In this document: one piece after another, positions 1-14,900 of the stretch
Layout: each line of letters starts with the position of its first letter
How positions within the stretch are numbered: position 1 is the first letter of the stretch
NCBI GenBank assembly: GCA_023645945.1
Contig: JALAIB010000055.1
Span: 1-39,089, forward strand
DNA: 39,089 bases
Direction of reading: 5' to 3'
Source: Diploschistes diacapsis
Taxonomy: Eukaryota
Made by a program: the position numbers and the translations under genes
Notes under the pieces: generated by a model
What the model was told of the DNA's origin: nothing
Database searches by the model: none
The model's input: the letters and a program-made list of their open reading frames with translations, nothing else

Positions 1-139
1 ATAAATATTCATCTTATTATAAAAAGCTTGAATATTTTTTTAGATTTTTAAAAGGCTTATGGGTGGTATAATAGCTCTATGAAATAGACGCATTTTGGTG
101 TAATTTGGGGGAGGGTCCATTACTTTTGGCATAGTACTG
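1..139 (+). mobile_element. 3' end of a degenerate Tc1/mariner DNA transposon (cut by window edge)
   Basis: 111-139 GAGGGTCCATTACTTTTGGCATAGTACTG followed by TA (140-141) is the reverse complement (26/29) of the TIR that opens the transposase-bearing element at 38198. The upstream AT-rich sequence reads K-A-Y-G-W-Y-N on +, resembling fungal Tc1 transposase C-termini (A.GW.T.Y). Confidence 0.75.
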
Positions 140-141
140 TA

Positions 142-310
142 ACGTATTCCACTAGTCAGTGACTAACACAAGTCAGTGACTCACTTGTATCTCTCATACA
201 AAAATACATGTGATGGTACTTAGTTGTCGCTCTCCACGTGATTATCACGTACCATCACATGTATTTTTGTATCAGAGGTACAAAGTGAGTCACTGAATAG
301 TGGAATACGT
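142..310. mobile_element. MITE with ACGT-ended TIRs (pogo/Fot1-like), TA target duplication
   Basis: TA|ACGTATTCCACTA (142-154) ... TAGTGGAATACGT|TA (298-310). Long imperfect internal inverted repeat CAGTGACTCACTTGTATCTCTCATACAAAAATACATGTGATGGTAC vs GTACCATCACATGTATTTTTGTATCAGAGGTACAAAGTGAGTCACTG. No ORF. Confidence 0.85.
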
Positions 311-694
311 TAATATGTTTCTTTACAAATAAAACGGCTTTAACGGTTTATCTCCGTAGCAAAACTACAGGTGAGAGATGCCAGCGTCGATCCGCAAGAA
401 TTCTAGATGTATCCCCAGGCTTTCCATTTGACAAGCCGTTCGAGGTAAAGTATGGGCTCCCGGCTAGGGACCCCAACGCCTCATGTCCATGTTAATATCG
501 TTCTTTTAGTGAGTGAACATTGCCGTTCTGCCCGTCCTTGACCCAACGCCCGCGTCCCAACACAGGCCGAGTTTGATGCGCGTAATCCAGAATGATGGAG
601 GCTTAGAACCGCACTGCTTGGCCTTGAAGGTCCCGTTCTCAAAGTTGCAAGCCATCTGATGTTCTCTCTACACCTTCCATCCGTCTGTTCCTCG

Positions 695-1173
695 CTACTT
701 TTCTTCTCCAACCTTTGTCTCATCAAGAGCTCTCTGAATAGAGTCCTTGACGAAAGGGACCCTCAGTCCGCTTTTGACGTGCAGAGTCTGTGCCTTGTTC
801 CAATCCCACACATTCCCTGTAGTAAAGGGGTCGCGCTGAAGTAACTCGACCGCTTCTTCCTGGCTCGATGCCTCCAACAGGACCCAGCTGCCTTGAATTC
901 GAGCAGGCGTTTCTCTTCGATGGTCTGCGAATATTGGGCCTTGCCCCGGTTTGTTAGCATGCTGCTATCTTCGCAACGGAGCACTTTGTACTGACCCCCG
1001 GCTAGCCAGAAGTCTTTGGTTCGCGCAACGAATTCTTCATGGAGACTGGGTTTGAGTTAAGCAATGTCGTCTATTTCGCGCTCGCTCGGGCCTTACTCCG
1101 TTGTAACTTTGCGGTTTTCAGCAGCGCCCGGACCGTCGGGCAGGATGAACAAGAACTCGAACTTTTGAGCCAT
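695..1173 (-). CDS. YCII-related (YciI superfamily) protein, 3 exons, 123 aa
   Basis: Exons 1173-1097, 1045-996 and 939-695 with GT..AG introns give MAQKFEFLFILPDGPGAAENRKVTTDLHEEFVARTKDFWLAGGPIF...GSWVLLEASSQEEAVELLQRDPFTTGNVWDWNKAQ. This has the fungal YCII hallmarks: F-x-x-x-x-PD start, His, GGP, GS, EA-x-S-x-EE, DPF, VWD. Confidence 0.85.
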
Positions 1174-1781
1174 GGTGGGTATGCAAATCCTAGGCTGGAA
1201 AATGGATGGCTTTTTTGCACCGAGAATTTATACAGATTTATAAAAATAATGGACGAGATGAAAACATGTGGGCCAGTTAACACACACGATTGCTTTGACA
1301 TCTTTTACCGGGCCGGTCGACATGGTTCGGAATTCGGCTGCATGCATCGAGTTGACTACGGATTGCCGGATCATTTTGGAGAAGTCACGTACGTATTCCA
1401 TGTCCTTTTAAATGAATTCGATACACAGCTTATGAGACATTGCTTTCTTGTGCTACAATAAACAGCATTTAATGTATTGGTAACAACCCTTTTCGCCTAC
1501 ATCAAATCAGGTAATCAAGCAAGCAAATCGGGCATGGATGTTATTATTCAAGTAGATTCGAATAGCCGCAGATTCAGAGACCACGTCTTCGCAATGAAAA
1601 GAAGTTTCGTGCTCATTGGCAAGAGTCTTTGATTTCTTGTGTATCATATAGTCTTTGAAAATCAAGCCAGCCCATCTGAAACATTGAGAATCTATTCGTT
1701 CCAAGATTGGAGGACATGCAGATCCTTTAGCAGAACAAAAAAGATCCCCCCCAAATGTACCAGATACACCTGATAAAGTGC

Positions 1782-3848
<2,067 letters not shown>

Positions 3849-5426
3849 TCAAAGGGATGATTGAGGGACTGCATAACCTTTATCATTCCTTATATGCATG
3901 CAGCATGTGTAAAACCTAACATAGGGTCGGTTACAGCTACTGCCCGGAATAATCCTTAGATAGTGGTTGCCAATGCTGGTATTTGCAATAAACGCGATCA
4001 CACCGTAAGATTCCACTAAAGTGACCGGTCTATCGTCAGCTCATTACTTATTATGATGGGTGAGATCAGCTGCAAGGATTCCATGGAGAATTCCAAGGTT
4101 TCAGACCATCGGTGTCACTGGATACCAGGGTCACCTCCATGTCCCTTCCAAGCACCCATCTGCCGGGTCTCGAAAGGGCTTTTTGGATGGCGGTTTGCAC
4201 TTCGGAGATAGTGGAGTACCGGGCAATCTAGCGTATACTGTACCAAAGCATGTTGAAAAACCAATGGGGCCCGCCATACTAACCTTGAAGATTGTGTAGT
4301 ATTCTTCAAAAGCCAGAGCGTTCCTTTAGGAGCCCGGCATGGCAAGTCCGGGGATGAAGAGCTCGGTAAAGCTAGATAACACGGCTATATCCTCTTCATT
4401 AGGTTAAGAATAGCGTTGACAAGCCGAAGGGCCGGAACTTTCATTGCCTTCAAACCCTGCCGAGCTTCCGGATGAAAGAGTGAAGAGATGCTATAACGAA
4501 GTTCCGAGTTGCAGATTCGAAGTGATTTGAAGCCGGTGCGCTTTTTCGGCGAGGATCCAGGTGACGTCTGGGCACAGATTCCCTCCGGTAGAGTGATGGG
4601 TACGCTTCTATCGACATAGTAACCACGTATTTTGGTCAATGCAAGTTTCTCTTGGGATATCCTGGATTCCGTTCAGCGCTACTATGGGCATATAGTTGGT
4701 CTGACGAGGGCACTCCGTACATACCTGGGGGACTGCTAACTTCTGATATCCGGCTAAGGTGTCTGGTATGGGCGAATGATGACCGATTGGATCGATTGCC
4801 GTGAGTTTCGGATGAGGAGGGAAAGCAACGAAAATCCTTCAGCTGTTTCTCGTCACCGAGGACTCCCCATTGGTGCGTCTTTTGTGTAGGGCTCACTCAC
4901 AGCCGCTCTTTTGCCCTATCAGGGTATATTTCACTCCCTGGTTTTGGAAGATGCTTTGTGCGGTGACATCTAGGCACAAGCCTCTTGATGTTGCTGCGGC
5001 GAGTCCCAAGCCATGATTGCGCGGTAGCATCCTGTAGAGGTTGATGGTATTGAAGATACAAGAAGCACGTACGGGCTGTCTTTGACGGTGGCGCAACATC
5101 TTGTAGGCGTGACTGAGGCATTCTCCGATTCTGGCGCCCTTGGCTTCTACCCTACTAGATGACTTGTCTTCTACATTGACTAAACCAGATGAAAATACTC
5201 ATTGGTATTTGTTTTCTATGATTTCGTTGATCTCAAATGATCATTGCCGGCCGTGAGGACAATATAGCCCAATTTTTAAGATCCAATTCGAGACACGGAC
5301 TTATGATGCCATTGCGAAGAACATAGACTCAATCTCTTGACGTAGGTAATCAAAGACCGTGAAGGCTGTCACAGCCGACTATCTGGTTCATTATCTCAAG
5401 TACGTGACCGGGAACGGGGGAGGGCA

Positions 5427-7425
5427 CTATTTTTGTCTCAGTGCAAGCCCATCAAAGAAACGACTAATGTTTTCGTGGTCCTCGATCCCAAGAACCATTG
5501 AAACATCTGCCTCCAATCAGTATCACGGAGAAAAGTCTGCGACAGCACTTACAGTTATCTGGACGAACAATGGTGACGGCGCCTTTCTCAGGGCAAACTC
5601 CGTAGAATCCATATGCGTGCCCGTGCCCATTATGATAGCTTTCGTCGTCAATATAGAGCTTGTGTAAGTCTAAAATTCATTATTATCAGGCTCAAGAGAT
5701 GATTGATACCAGGCTTACCTTTCATCCGCCACTTGCCAGTCACAGGCATGAAGCATTGCGGTATTTTTTCCAGCTCTGTTTTCAATCGTTCGCCAGACAG
5801 GACTACAATCACTTCAATGCAGCTGTCGATGTCTGAACCGGATGATGAGAATTTCTGAATAGGACCGTCATCCGAGAAAAGGTACTCCCCAAGCTGGTAT
5901 ATTAGAATGGAATCCAGCCAATTTTAAGCATAACTTGCCTGATGCAGCCTCTTCTGAGCCGGATCAACACAGACATCTCCTGAAAAAACCACAATCCGCC
6001 AACGCCCGTCTGATGGCAATGCCGTAACCAGCTGCTTTGGAAACCCGTCGCAGAATCGGATCACTTGTGCGCTTGGAAACCGCATTCCAACTGTGAGATT
6101 CTTCGCCAGATTCTGGTCACTTTCTTTCGCCCGAGTTATCATGGATTCATCATAGGTAATTGTCAAGCCAGCTGTGAAAGCCTCTGCTTTGATGAAAATC
6201 TCGCTGAAGTCAACATTGCCGTCGGCGTCAACAACGCCGCCCGCCTCCTTACCCATTGAAGCCATTTGTCTAACCCATACTTTATCCCAGCTGATCAAGG
6301 ACTCGGCTACGCTCTGTCGCTCGACGAGGTATGTCTCCAAAATTGCTGGCTCTGTTTGCCCGTTCAAGACCGAAGCTAGTTTCCACCCGATGTTGTACCC
6401 ATCTTGTAAACTGACATTCATCCCTTGACCAGCTTTTGGGGAGTGCGTATGGCAGGCATCCCCAGCCAAGAAAACGCGACCAGCTTTCGAGAAGTGGTCG
6501 GCACAGCGCTGTCCTATTGAATAAGCCGACCACCAGCACGTTTCTGCGAACTCAAGATGATATGGGTGGAAAATCTGGAGCGTTAGATTCTGCAGGTCTT
6601 CTAACTTCACTTGGCTAGCTACTGTCCCGTGGGGAAGCTCCAAGTAGAATCGGTTCATGGATCCCCCTTCCCGTGGTATAAGGACCATAGTGCCATGCTT
6701 GGACTGTAATATAACCTGTTTTCTGATGTCTGGAAAGTTGGTTCGAACAAAGACATCCATGACACCCCATAGTGAATCAGAGGTATCTCCAATCATCTTG
6801 AAGCCGAGAGATCTTCGGACAGTACTGTGCGCACCATCAGAGCCCTAGCCGTGGTTACCCCTTTGTTCGATGAAGCCGTCGATCGCGCAATGAAAGTGAG
6901 GGGATATACTAGGACATATTTTGCTTCGAAAATCTCCTCCTTTCCATCTTTCTCTGTCACTACGACGACAGCATGGGCATCTGGATCGATTGCTTTCTCT
7001 TCGTCAACCTTGACTTCCAGAACTTTATACCCGTAATCAACTTCCTGGCCGTTGAAGCTTCTCATGGCCTCCAACATCATGCCATTGAACCTGGCCTGAC
7101 TCAAGATCACGCGTGGCAGATGCGACAGCCCTGGGTGAGTGGCTGCGGCCGTCCTCATCCTCACGATGCTGTCTCCCTTGCCATCTGGACCCCAAAAGGC
7201 CACTTCCACATTGTGGTAGCCTGCTCGTAGTAAATCTTCAACAATACCAAAGCTTTCGAAAATCTCCACAGATCGCACTTGAGCACCGTCGGCTTGTCCT
7301 ATCGAGAGCGGTCCGGAGCGCGAGTCTACAACTTTACAGCGAATTCCACAACGGGCTAACCAGGTTGCGGCGCAGAGACCGGCCGATCCGCTGCCACAGA
7401 TGAGTACGTCGACTTTGTTGTGCAT
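5427..7425 (-). CDS. FAD-dependent phenol 2-monooxygenase-family enzyme (TerD-like)
   Basis: DVLICGSGSAGL; GQADG; spliced GSDGAHS; RVFLAGDACHTHSPKAGQGMNVSLQD; C-terminal phenol-hydroxylase dimerisation region (GMRFPS, DGRWRI, YIDDESYH.GHG.AY, VRPDNYVS) over exons ending at TAG 5427-5429. One intron is GC-AG (5938-5894). Confidence 0.92.
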
Positions 7426-7985
7426 TTTGGTGTGCGTACACTCTTCGTGAGATGGCTAGCCAACCGCGACGGCTTTAAAAAGATGCGTGTGAAGATGGAC
7501 TGACACGGCTGGCCTTCCCTCGGTAGCTAGCCCTGCCGAAGATCTCGGAGTGCCGGCAAAATGGATGTAAGGAACGGATGTTCGGGGATCAGGAGCTCGT
7601 TCCCGAATGGAAAGGGGGCCCTGACCAATGATCTGCAACGATCGTCACGTCTGAGGCACATGTGGTGCAGAATGATACGAGAGATCGCATACTGAATACC
7701 GGCGAAAATTGAGTCTCTCTCCCCAATCTCCCCAAGCGCAAGAGAAAGCCGAAGGGCGTGGCACACTATGTAAAAACGATCACGGTACACATCGAGTATC
7801 CCCATGCAAGTGTGGACCTTGTTTCCCCTTCCAGGTGATGTCTTCAGTCTACAGTAATTCCATACAAGCGATTTTCCGCTCTTTCCCTTCCTCAGCTAAT
7901 CATGCAGGGAATTCCATATGCAATACCACGATGATCGAATCTGAGAAGGGGATCGGGGAATGGATAGATTACTGGTGATCAACGC

Positions 7986-10900
7986 TCAGTCTGAATGTCG
8001 TTGAGATTGACAAGCGAGTTTGAGATTCTCCCTCGCGTCCTCATCGTTTATGATGCCCATAGATCCGAAGTGATGTGAGATTGACATTCTTGCGTCCTTT
8101 TTCCACACCACTCGAGTCGAACGGTCGGTAATAGGTTTGGTCGACCGAATACCAAGACCTAGTTGACTCTTGTTCATAAAACGATCTTTTCCAGGGCGAG
8201 AGTAAGCGATTGCTACAGTCAAGGCGTCAATTAGATCTTGCTCGTCGAGTAAGTAGTAACCACCCGCCGTTAGCTTTTCAATCAACGCTCTGTTTTCCAC
8301 TGCCATGCCAACGCAACCCATGAAGCCGATGTCGACGACAGATGCAGAAAGGTTTTGGCCATGACGATAGTTCACAAAAGCATCCAGAAATGTATTTGCT
8401 GAGTTGTAGTTCGCCTGTCCCCACTGGCCTGACAGTCCGCTTATCGACGACAAGAGAAGAAAGAAGTCCAAGTTAGCGGAAGAGGTAGCTCGATGGAGAT
8501 TCCAAGTGCCTTGGACTTTTGGCTGGATACACTGATTCCACTCAGCAAATGTCATGTGTGATATCCAATTATCCTAGAAAAGTTAACGCTTGTCTTAAGT
8601 GAATATGGTTTTACGAACCCTTATAACTGCCGACATTTGCATGACGCCTGCTACCGGCTTAGTGGCGAGCTTAATGGCAGCTTCAACATCTGGTAGGCTA
8701 GTCACACTCCCCGCAATAGTCAATACGTTGCATCCTTGAGCTCGGAGTTCATCGAAAAAGGGTGTGGTTTCCGGACCCTCCTTTGCGGAGCGAGAAAGAA
8801 AAACAATCTCGTGTGCACCATTTTCTACCATCCATGTCGATATTACTCGACCAAGCCCTCCAAGCCCTCCAACCAAGAGATAGCAGGCATCAGACCGGAA
8901 ACGGATAGACGTTTCTGTGTCACTGCTAGCAGCTTGGAGGCTTTTGGAAGTGCTTTTGTCCATCGTCAAAAGACCAGCGCACTCGAAAAGCTCCTTCCGT
9001 CCTGTGGTCCAATGCATTCTCGGAACTTTAATCTCTCCATCGACGATCGCGTACTCATAATCTGGATCAACCAAGTTGGATTTGGGCCTGTAATCGAGAC
9101 TCTTGTATATCTTAACAAGCGCCTTACTTGAGATGGTAAATGTAGCAGGGTCGACGTCGACTTCCACTACAGTAATATCTTGTCTCAGTTCTGCTCTCAA
9201 CGTTCTTGCCATACCAAGGATCATGGATGAATTTGGATCCGTGCAAGATGTCTGAGCGGCAGGAGTAACCCATATTATAGAGCCTTTGAAACCACAGAAA
9301 CAATTGGCAAAGTCTCGAAATCCAGCTTCCGTGATGTTGTACAGATATGGTTTGCCGAAGTCTATGAGCGATATCACATCTTGACCTTGGGGCAAGTTGC
9401 TCTGGAATGTGCTTCTTTCGCAACCAATGCCGCTATCCTGAAAGGACATTTGGACCGCTTTGGCGAGAGGATGATGATTGTCCGAAACGATAAGCGTGAC
9501 ATGTTTGGGGTGTTTAGAAGGCTTCCTCAGCTCTGCGAGCACTTTAGGTCCCTTCGAAGAGCCATCATCACTATGTCCAAACACAAAGCCGCATTTGAGG
9601 AGCGTAGCATGTACCTGATCCAGGAATTTCCCATCTTTAGATGCACTCGAGTCTGGAAGGGCGTCCAGTAAAAGAAGGCGTCCAAGAGGATGGAGAAGAT
9701 TTTTCAAACAGTCTATGCCGGCCTCGATATGGTTTCTCGCTGAGGAAATGAACTATTTGCCCAATCAGTGACAATAGACACTAGTTCTAGGCAGCCATAC
9801 ATCTGTAGTAATGATGAGATCGTAAGATGCCGTGACAAGGGTCGGACTCTGTGACTGTTGTTCAATATCGAAAAATACAACATCGATGTCGCAGGTTTCC
9901 TTAAAAGCCACTTTTGCGCTGAATGCTGCATCCAAGGATGTTGCAGCGTAAGTATACTTGAGATACAGAGGCTCGCCGTACTGCGACTTCAGGGCTTCTA
10001 AAATCGAACGTGTAGTCTTAAATGCACCATTTCCCAGCTCAAGGATCCTAAGTTTCGCATTTTGCTGAGCAAGGAGCTTCAATACGTCAAGAAACAGAGA
10101 AGGGCTCAGCTGCCGGCTAGAGAGCATGAATTTTTGATCAAGGTCACAAAAGGTAGCGTCAGTGTCCCACTTGATGAATGAAAACAGTTTGTCTCTGGAC
10201 TTCGGTCCGTCGTTAGGCACCAAAGAGAGGGTGCAGTGCTTGACTGAGGAGATCGAATGACCGTCTTCAGATACGACCGACACGTCGCCTGTTAAGATAC
10301 CCGACCCGTTCGTCGAGGCGGTTCCTCCAATTCTTAACTTTGTTCGTTCGCTCCCAAAGACGACGAAGTGCTCAATGGCTGTTACAACAGCCAGTCCTGG
10401 AAATCGTCGGCCTTGTCCTTGGCATGCCGCGATCATCAAGATCTGTAAGCATTGATCAATTGTGATTGGGTGAAGAATATATTTTATATTTCCAGAGGGG
10501 GCGATCGTCGCGGCTGCTTTGTACTCCGAGAGGGTTGTGGATATCTCATCGAGGCCTCGGAACGAAGGGCCATAATTAAGACCTTTGCTTTCCAACACAT
10601 CGTACCAATAAGCTTGCGCTACGCGCCTTTGAAAGCTACCCTTTGGATGAGAGAGGCCGAGATCGTTTGCACTTGGCAAACTGCAAAGGTATACCTTGCA
10701 AACACACCGCTTTATCCATTGGTTATCTTCATAGGATGCGAACTGAACTTTGTACCACTGGCTCGTTTCTTCAGGTATGTTTACTGGCCAAAGCCTGGTA
10801 AGAAGTTTTGATTTTTCGTCAAGCCTCAGGAGCAGGGGCGAGGTGATTAAGAAGTCTCTCACCGCATAGGACTGCAGGTTTCTATTCGATAACTGTCGCA

Positions 10901-11272
10901 TTGACTCTCCGACCATTGCTATGAACCCAGCAGCTGGGAATACTATTTGGTTCAGGAGAACGTGCTCAGCCAGCCAAGGTACCTCTCTAATGTCGAGATC
11001 ATTCTGCCAGCAGAGTTCTGCCTCATTGTTCTCGGAAACCCGTGAACCTAGAAGCTCGTGCCTTGAATACTTCTGGAAGTCATCAACATCTGCCGTACAT
11101 GGGTGAGTTAAGTAACACAGACCGTAGGGGAGTGCTGACTCATAGAGGGCAAATGATATGTGAGAGTAGACGACCCTAGGTTCCCTTTGGCCTTCTTCTT
11201 TGTACTCCAGCTCAGCGGACCCTCTCCGTTTGCTAATGCAACGGGGCTATCGATCACGTCGACGTCAGGCAT
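7986..11272 (-). CDS. terB: Stand-alone PKS-like collaborating enzyme DH-pseudoCMeT-KR (TerB-like), no KS/AT/ER/ACP
   Basis: DH: RHELLGSR..WLAEHVLLNQIVFPAAG and HPITIDQCLQ. Degenerate MT: ILELGNGAF. KR structural region (IIWVT..GMARTLRAE..DYEY) runs directly into KR YLLVGGLGGLG, PKVQGTWNLH, FFLLLSS, GQANYNSAN, and the protein ends without an ACP. Start at ATG 11272 is approximate. Symbol is by architecture and adjacency to the PKS. Confidence 0.88.
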
Positions 11273-11914
11273 ACTCAGGAATTGTAATTGCAATTTGTTC
11301 GAGAGCCGGAAGCAAACTAGATGATATTAACGAGAAAGCCATCTAACCTTCAAGCGCTAGACGTTCTTCGTTGCAAGCCACTCGGCTATAACGTGGCCGT
11401 CGCTTGTTGGTACGGGAGCTCAAGGGGATAGACTTAAGCGTCAGCAGGATGCCGGCCGTATCGCTGCGGCGCTCGGTATCCATCCTCATTGATGAGTACA
11501 GAGTTATAACCCGAAGGGCCGTTGCTAGTGGCTTCTCGGAAATCCATAGCGTCTAGGACCTGCACGGGTAATTTTACACCGTTGAGTCCTTGACCTTGTA
11601 ACTTCCGGTTATTTGATCATTCCGGTCGGGGGGCTATATGCAATCCGGAGCCCGGTGCTTTTGCTTTCCTCAGCAGGCTTTTGGACGGTCAAGTAGCCGA
11701 GAAGCTGCGTTACTTAGCCATATCTCTAGTCTATTGAGGCTCGGGATAAGTTATGGGTATATAGTTAGCTCACCGGATTGTTGTAGACATTTGATCACTG
11801 CTAGCTAGAATATCTAACTTACACACAAATGCATAGATATCTCCTTACATGTACTCAATGACCTCAGGGGGGCATTCCTTTGTTTTCACGAGACTAGATT
11901 CCTAGAGCCGCAAT
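11273..11914. promoter_or_regulatory. Bidirectional promoter between the DH-KR gene and the NR-PKS
   Basis: About 640 bp between divergent starts, with many CGG/CCG triplets (CGGCTATA 11383, CCGGTTATT 11605, AGTAGCCG 11692). Confidence 0.6.
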
Positions 11915-14900
11915 ATGTCTGACGCATTTCAAGTCTTCCTTTTTGGTGACGAGACGGTCGATTTCCGGGAAACACTGCAAAGTCTCTGCGAGCATCACAA
12001 AGGAATCATTTTTGTTCATTTTATTGAAAGACTCAGGGAAGTTTTGCGGGATGAAGTGCGCCGTCAGCCGCGCCAAGCGAAGAAACACATTCCACCCTTC
12101 ACCGACGTTGCAGATCTCGTGACCCAGTACCGAGCCTCGGCTTCCCGCAATCAGATTCTCGAGACCACCCTCGCCTGCATATGCCAATTAGGCAGTGTTA
12201 TTAGGTTTGTGCATCCCAACGTAAAAAATAAAATTTTGAGTGAGTGCGCCGACTAATCAGTCGCATAGTTTCTTTGATGATCATCCCTCTCAATACATCG
12301 TGCCCTCCGACACTGTTCTCGTCGGCTTGTGTACTGGCTTGCTGGCCGCGGCAGCTGTGTCAGCCAGCCATAGCTTTCTCGACGTGATAGCGAATGCACT
12401 GAGAATTGTCAGAGTTGCGTTTCGAATTGGTGTGAAAGTACAGGATGCTGCAGAGCGCTTGTCCACGGTCCAGGATGTTGAAGCCAACGAGAGTTGGTCG
12501 AGACTTGTGGTGGGCGTGCATAAGGAGGCCTCAATCGCCGAGGTCACGCAGTTCAACCAAAGAAGGGTGAGAGGCTCTCTGGGTAGTAACTTGAACTTAG
12601 TATGGGGCTAATCAATTTTCAAAGGGCTTACCTCGGGCCAGTCAAGCGTATATCAGCTCTAGTAGCAGAGATGCCGTTACTGTTAGTGGGCCGCCAGCAA
12701 CCATCAAAGCTTTATTCCACGAATCCGAGTTCTTCGGCAGACGTAAGGCCATACAACTTGATATCTTTGGGCCATTCCATGCCGCACATCTGTACAGCGA
12801 TGTTGATATCGAAGAGGTTTTACAGCCCTTCACCGAGACGAAGGTCAAGCTAGCTCTGCCAATGGTTCGTATCATCTCGGGATTCACAGAGACGGCTCTT
12901 CCACTTGTGGATATGGAGCAGCTCTTAAGACAAGTCGTGGGCGATATCTTAATCCGACCACTGTCGTTTGACAATGTCCTCACATCCTTACTCTCAGAGG
13001 CAAAAGACTCAAGCAGAAAGAAATGCCAAATCTCTTCCGTAGGGCCTTCTAAAGCATCTTCTAGCTTACTATCAGCTTTGAGAGCTGGACTAGAGGGTAA
13101 AGTGAGTGTTGGTGAGCAGCTTGGGCTGACGAGGTCCGGGGCTGATTCATCAGGCACATCTGTGAAAATTGCTGTAGTGGGAATTTCTGGTCGTTTTCCC
13201 AATGCCGACAATCTTGAAAGTCTCTGGAGCTTGTTGGAACAGGGGTTGGACGTTCATCAAAGAGTTCCTCCAGATCGATTTGACGTCGATGTGCATTATG
13301 ATCCCAGCGGGAAAAGGAAGAACACTAGTCATACGCCTTACGGTTGCTTTATCAAAGAGCCAGGTTTATTCGACTCGCGCTTCTTCAATATGTCACCTCG
13401 CGAAACCTATCAAACAGATCCTATGGGAAGACTGGCCTTGGTTACAGCATATGAGGCCCTTGAGATGTCAGGTTTTGTATCTAACAGGACGCCCTCGTCC
13501 ATGTTAGACCGTGTTGGTACTTTCTATGGTCAGACGAGTGATGATTGGCGACAAGTCAATGCAGCCCAAAACATCGACACATACTATATTCCTGGGACTA
13601 TTCGAGCATTTGCGTCAGGCCGCATTAATTATTATTTCAAGTTCAAAGGACCCAGCTACAATGTTGACACAGCATGCTCATCAAGCTTCTCCGCTATTCA
13701 GCTAGCCTGCACTTCTCTCCAGGCAAAAGAATGCGATACAGCTGTTGCTGGTGGCCTTAACATCATGACCGCGCCAGATCTTTTTGCCGGACTCAGCCGT
13801 GCACAGTTTCTGTCTAAGACTGGCCCCTGCAAGACGTTTGATGATACTGCGGATGGTTTCTGTCGAGGCGATGGTGTCGCAAGCGTCGTTTTGAAGAGGT
13901 TGGAGGACGCAGAGACTGATAACGATCCAATTCTAGGAGTTGTCCTGGGAACAGCAACGAACCACTCTTCGGAAGCAGTGTCCATTACTCAGCCCCACGC
14001 CCCAACTCAAGAGTCTCTATATAGGAAACTACTAAAGAAGACTGGTGTTGGCGCTCTTGACGTCAGTTACGTGGAGATGCATGGGACAGGAACGCAAGCT
14101 GGTGATGGCGCTGAGATGAAATCTATCTCAAATGTCTTTGCTCCACGACGTCAAGGGCGTCTGCCGGACCAGACACTTCGCCTTGGAGCCCTCAAAGCGA
14201 ACATTGGTCACGGAGAAGCTTCTGCAGGGGTTGCATCCCTGATCAAAGTCTTGCTTATGCTGCAACGAAATGCCATTCCTCCACATATTGGCATCAAAGG
14301 CACTATAAATAGCACATTCCCTACAGACCTTGAAGAGAGAGGAATCTGTATTCCACTCAAAAAAACCCCATGGATCCCTTTGAACGGACGAAAGAGAAGA
14401 GCATATGTGAACAACTTTAGTGCAGCAGGTGGAAACACCGGGCTCCTTCTGGAAGAAGCTCCCGCCAAATCCACAATGATGAGCGACACTGACCCGAGGA
14501 CATCTTTCGTTATCTCTGTAAGTGCAAAATCGACATGGTCTTTAGAGCAGAATATCCAGAGACTCGTCAACTACCTTGAAATAAAGCCCAATACAACACT
14601 ACCAAGTCTATCATATACTACCACCGCTCGGAGGTTCCAGCAACCTTATCGTGTCTCCTTTGCTGTATCAAGCATTTCCGAGGCAAAGGAAGCCTTGAAG
14701 TCAGCCCAAACTGATATTATCAAACCAATTCCTACGCAGCCTCCCAAAGTCGCATTTGTATTTACAGGTCAAGGTGCACATTACCCATTACTCGGGAACC
14801 AGCTTTTTGAGAATTCTAGGCAATTTAGATCCGATATCATAGCCTTCGACGCCATTGGTCGTAGTCAGGGTTTTCCATCTTTCCTATCCTTACTGGATGG

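Noticed and set aside
338..360. TTAACGGT..TCCGTAGC similarity to 37995-38022
   Set aside because: Two 8-bp matches with different spacing; cannot be distinguished from chance or a generic TE motif by eye.
1039..1461. 140-aa plus-strand ORF
   Set aside because: Overlaps the YCII first exons and promoter antisense; no recognisable motif.
7986..11272. Interpretation as a broken highly reducing PKS pseudogene
   Set aside because: The breaks between ORFs are explained by introns, KR motifs are intact, and the architecture matches a known stand-alone collaborating enzyme type.
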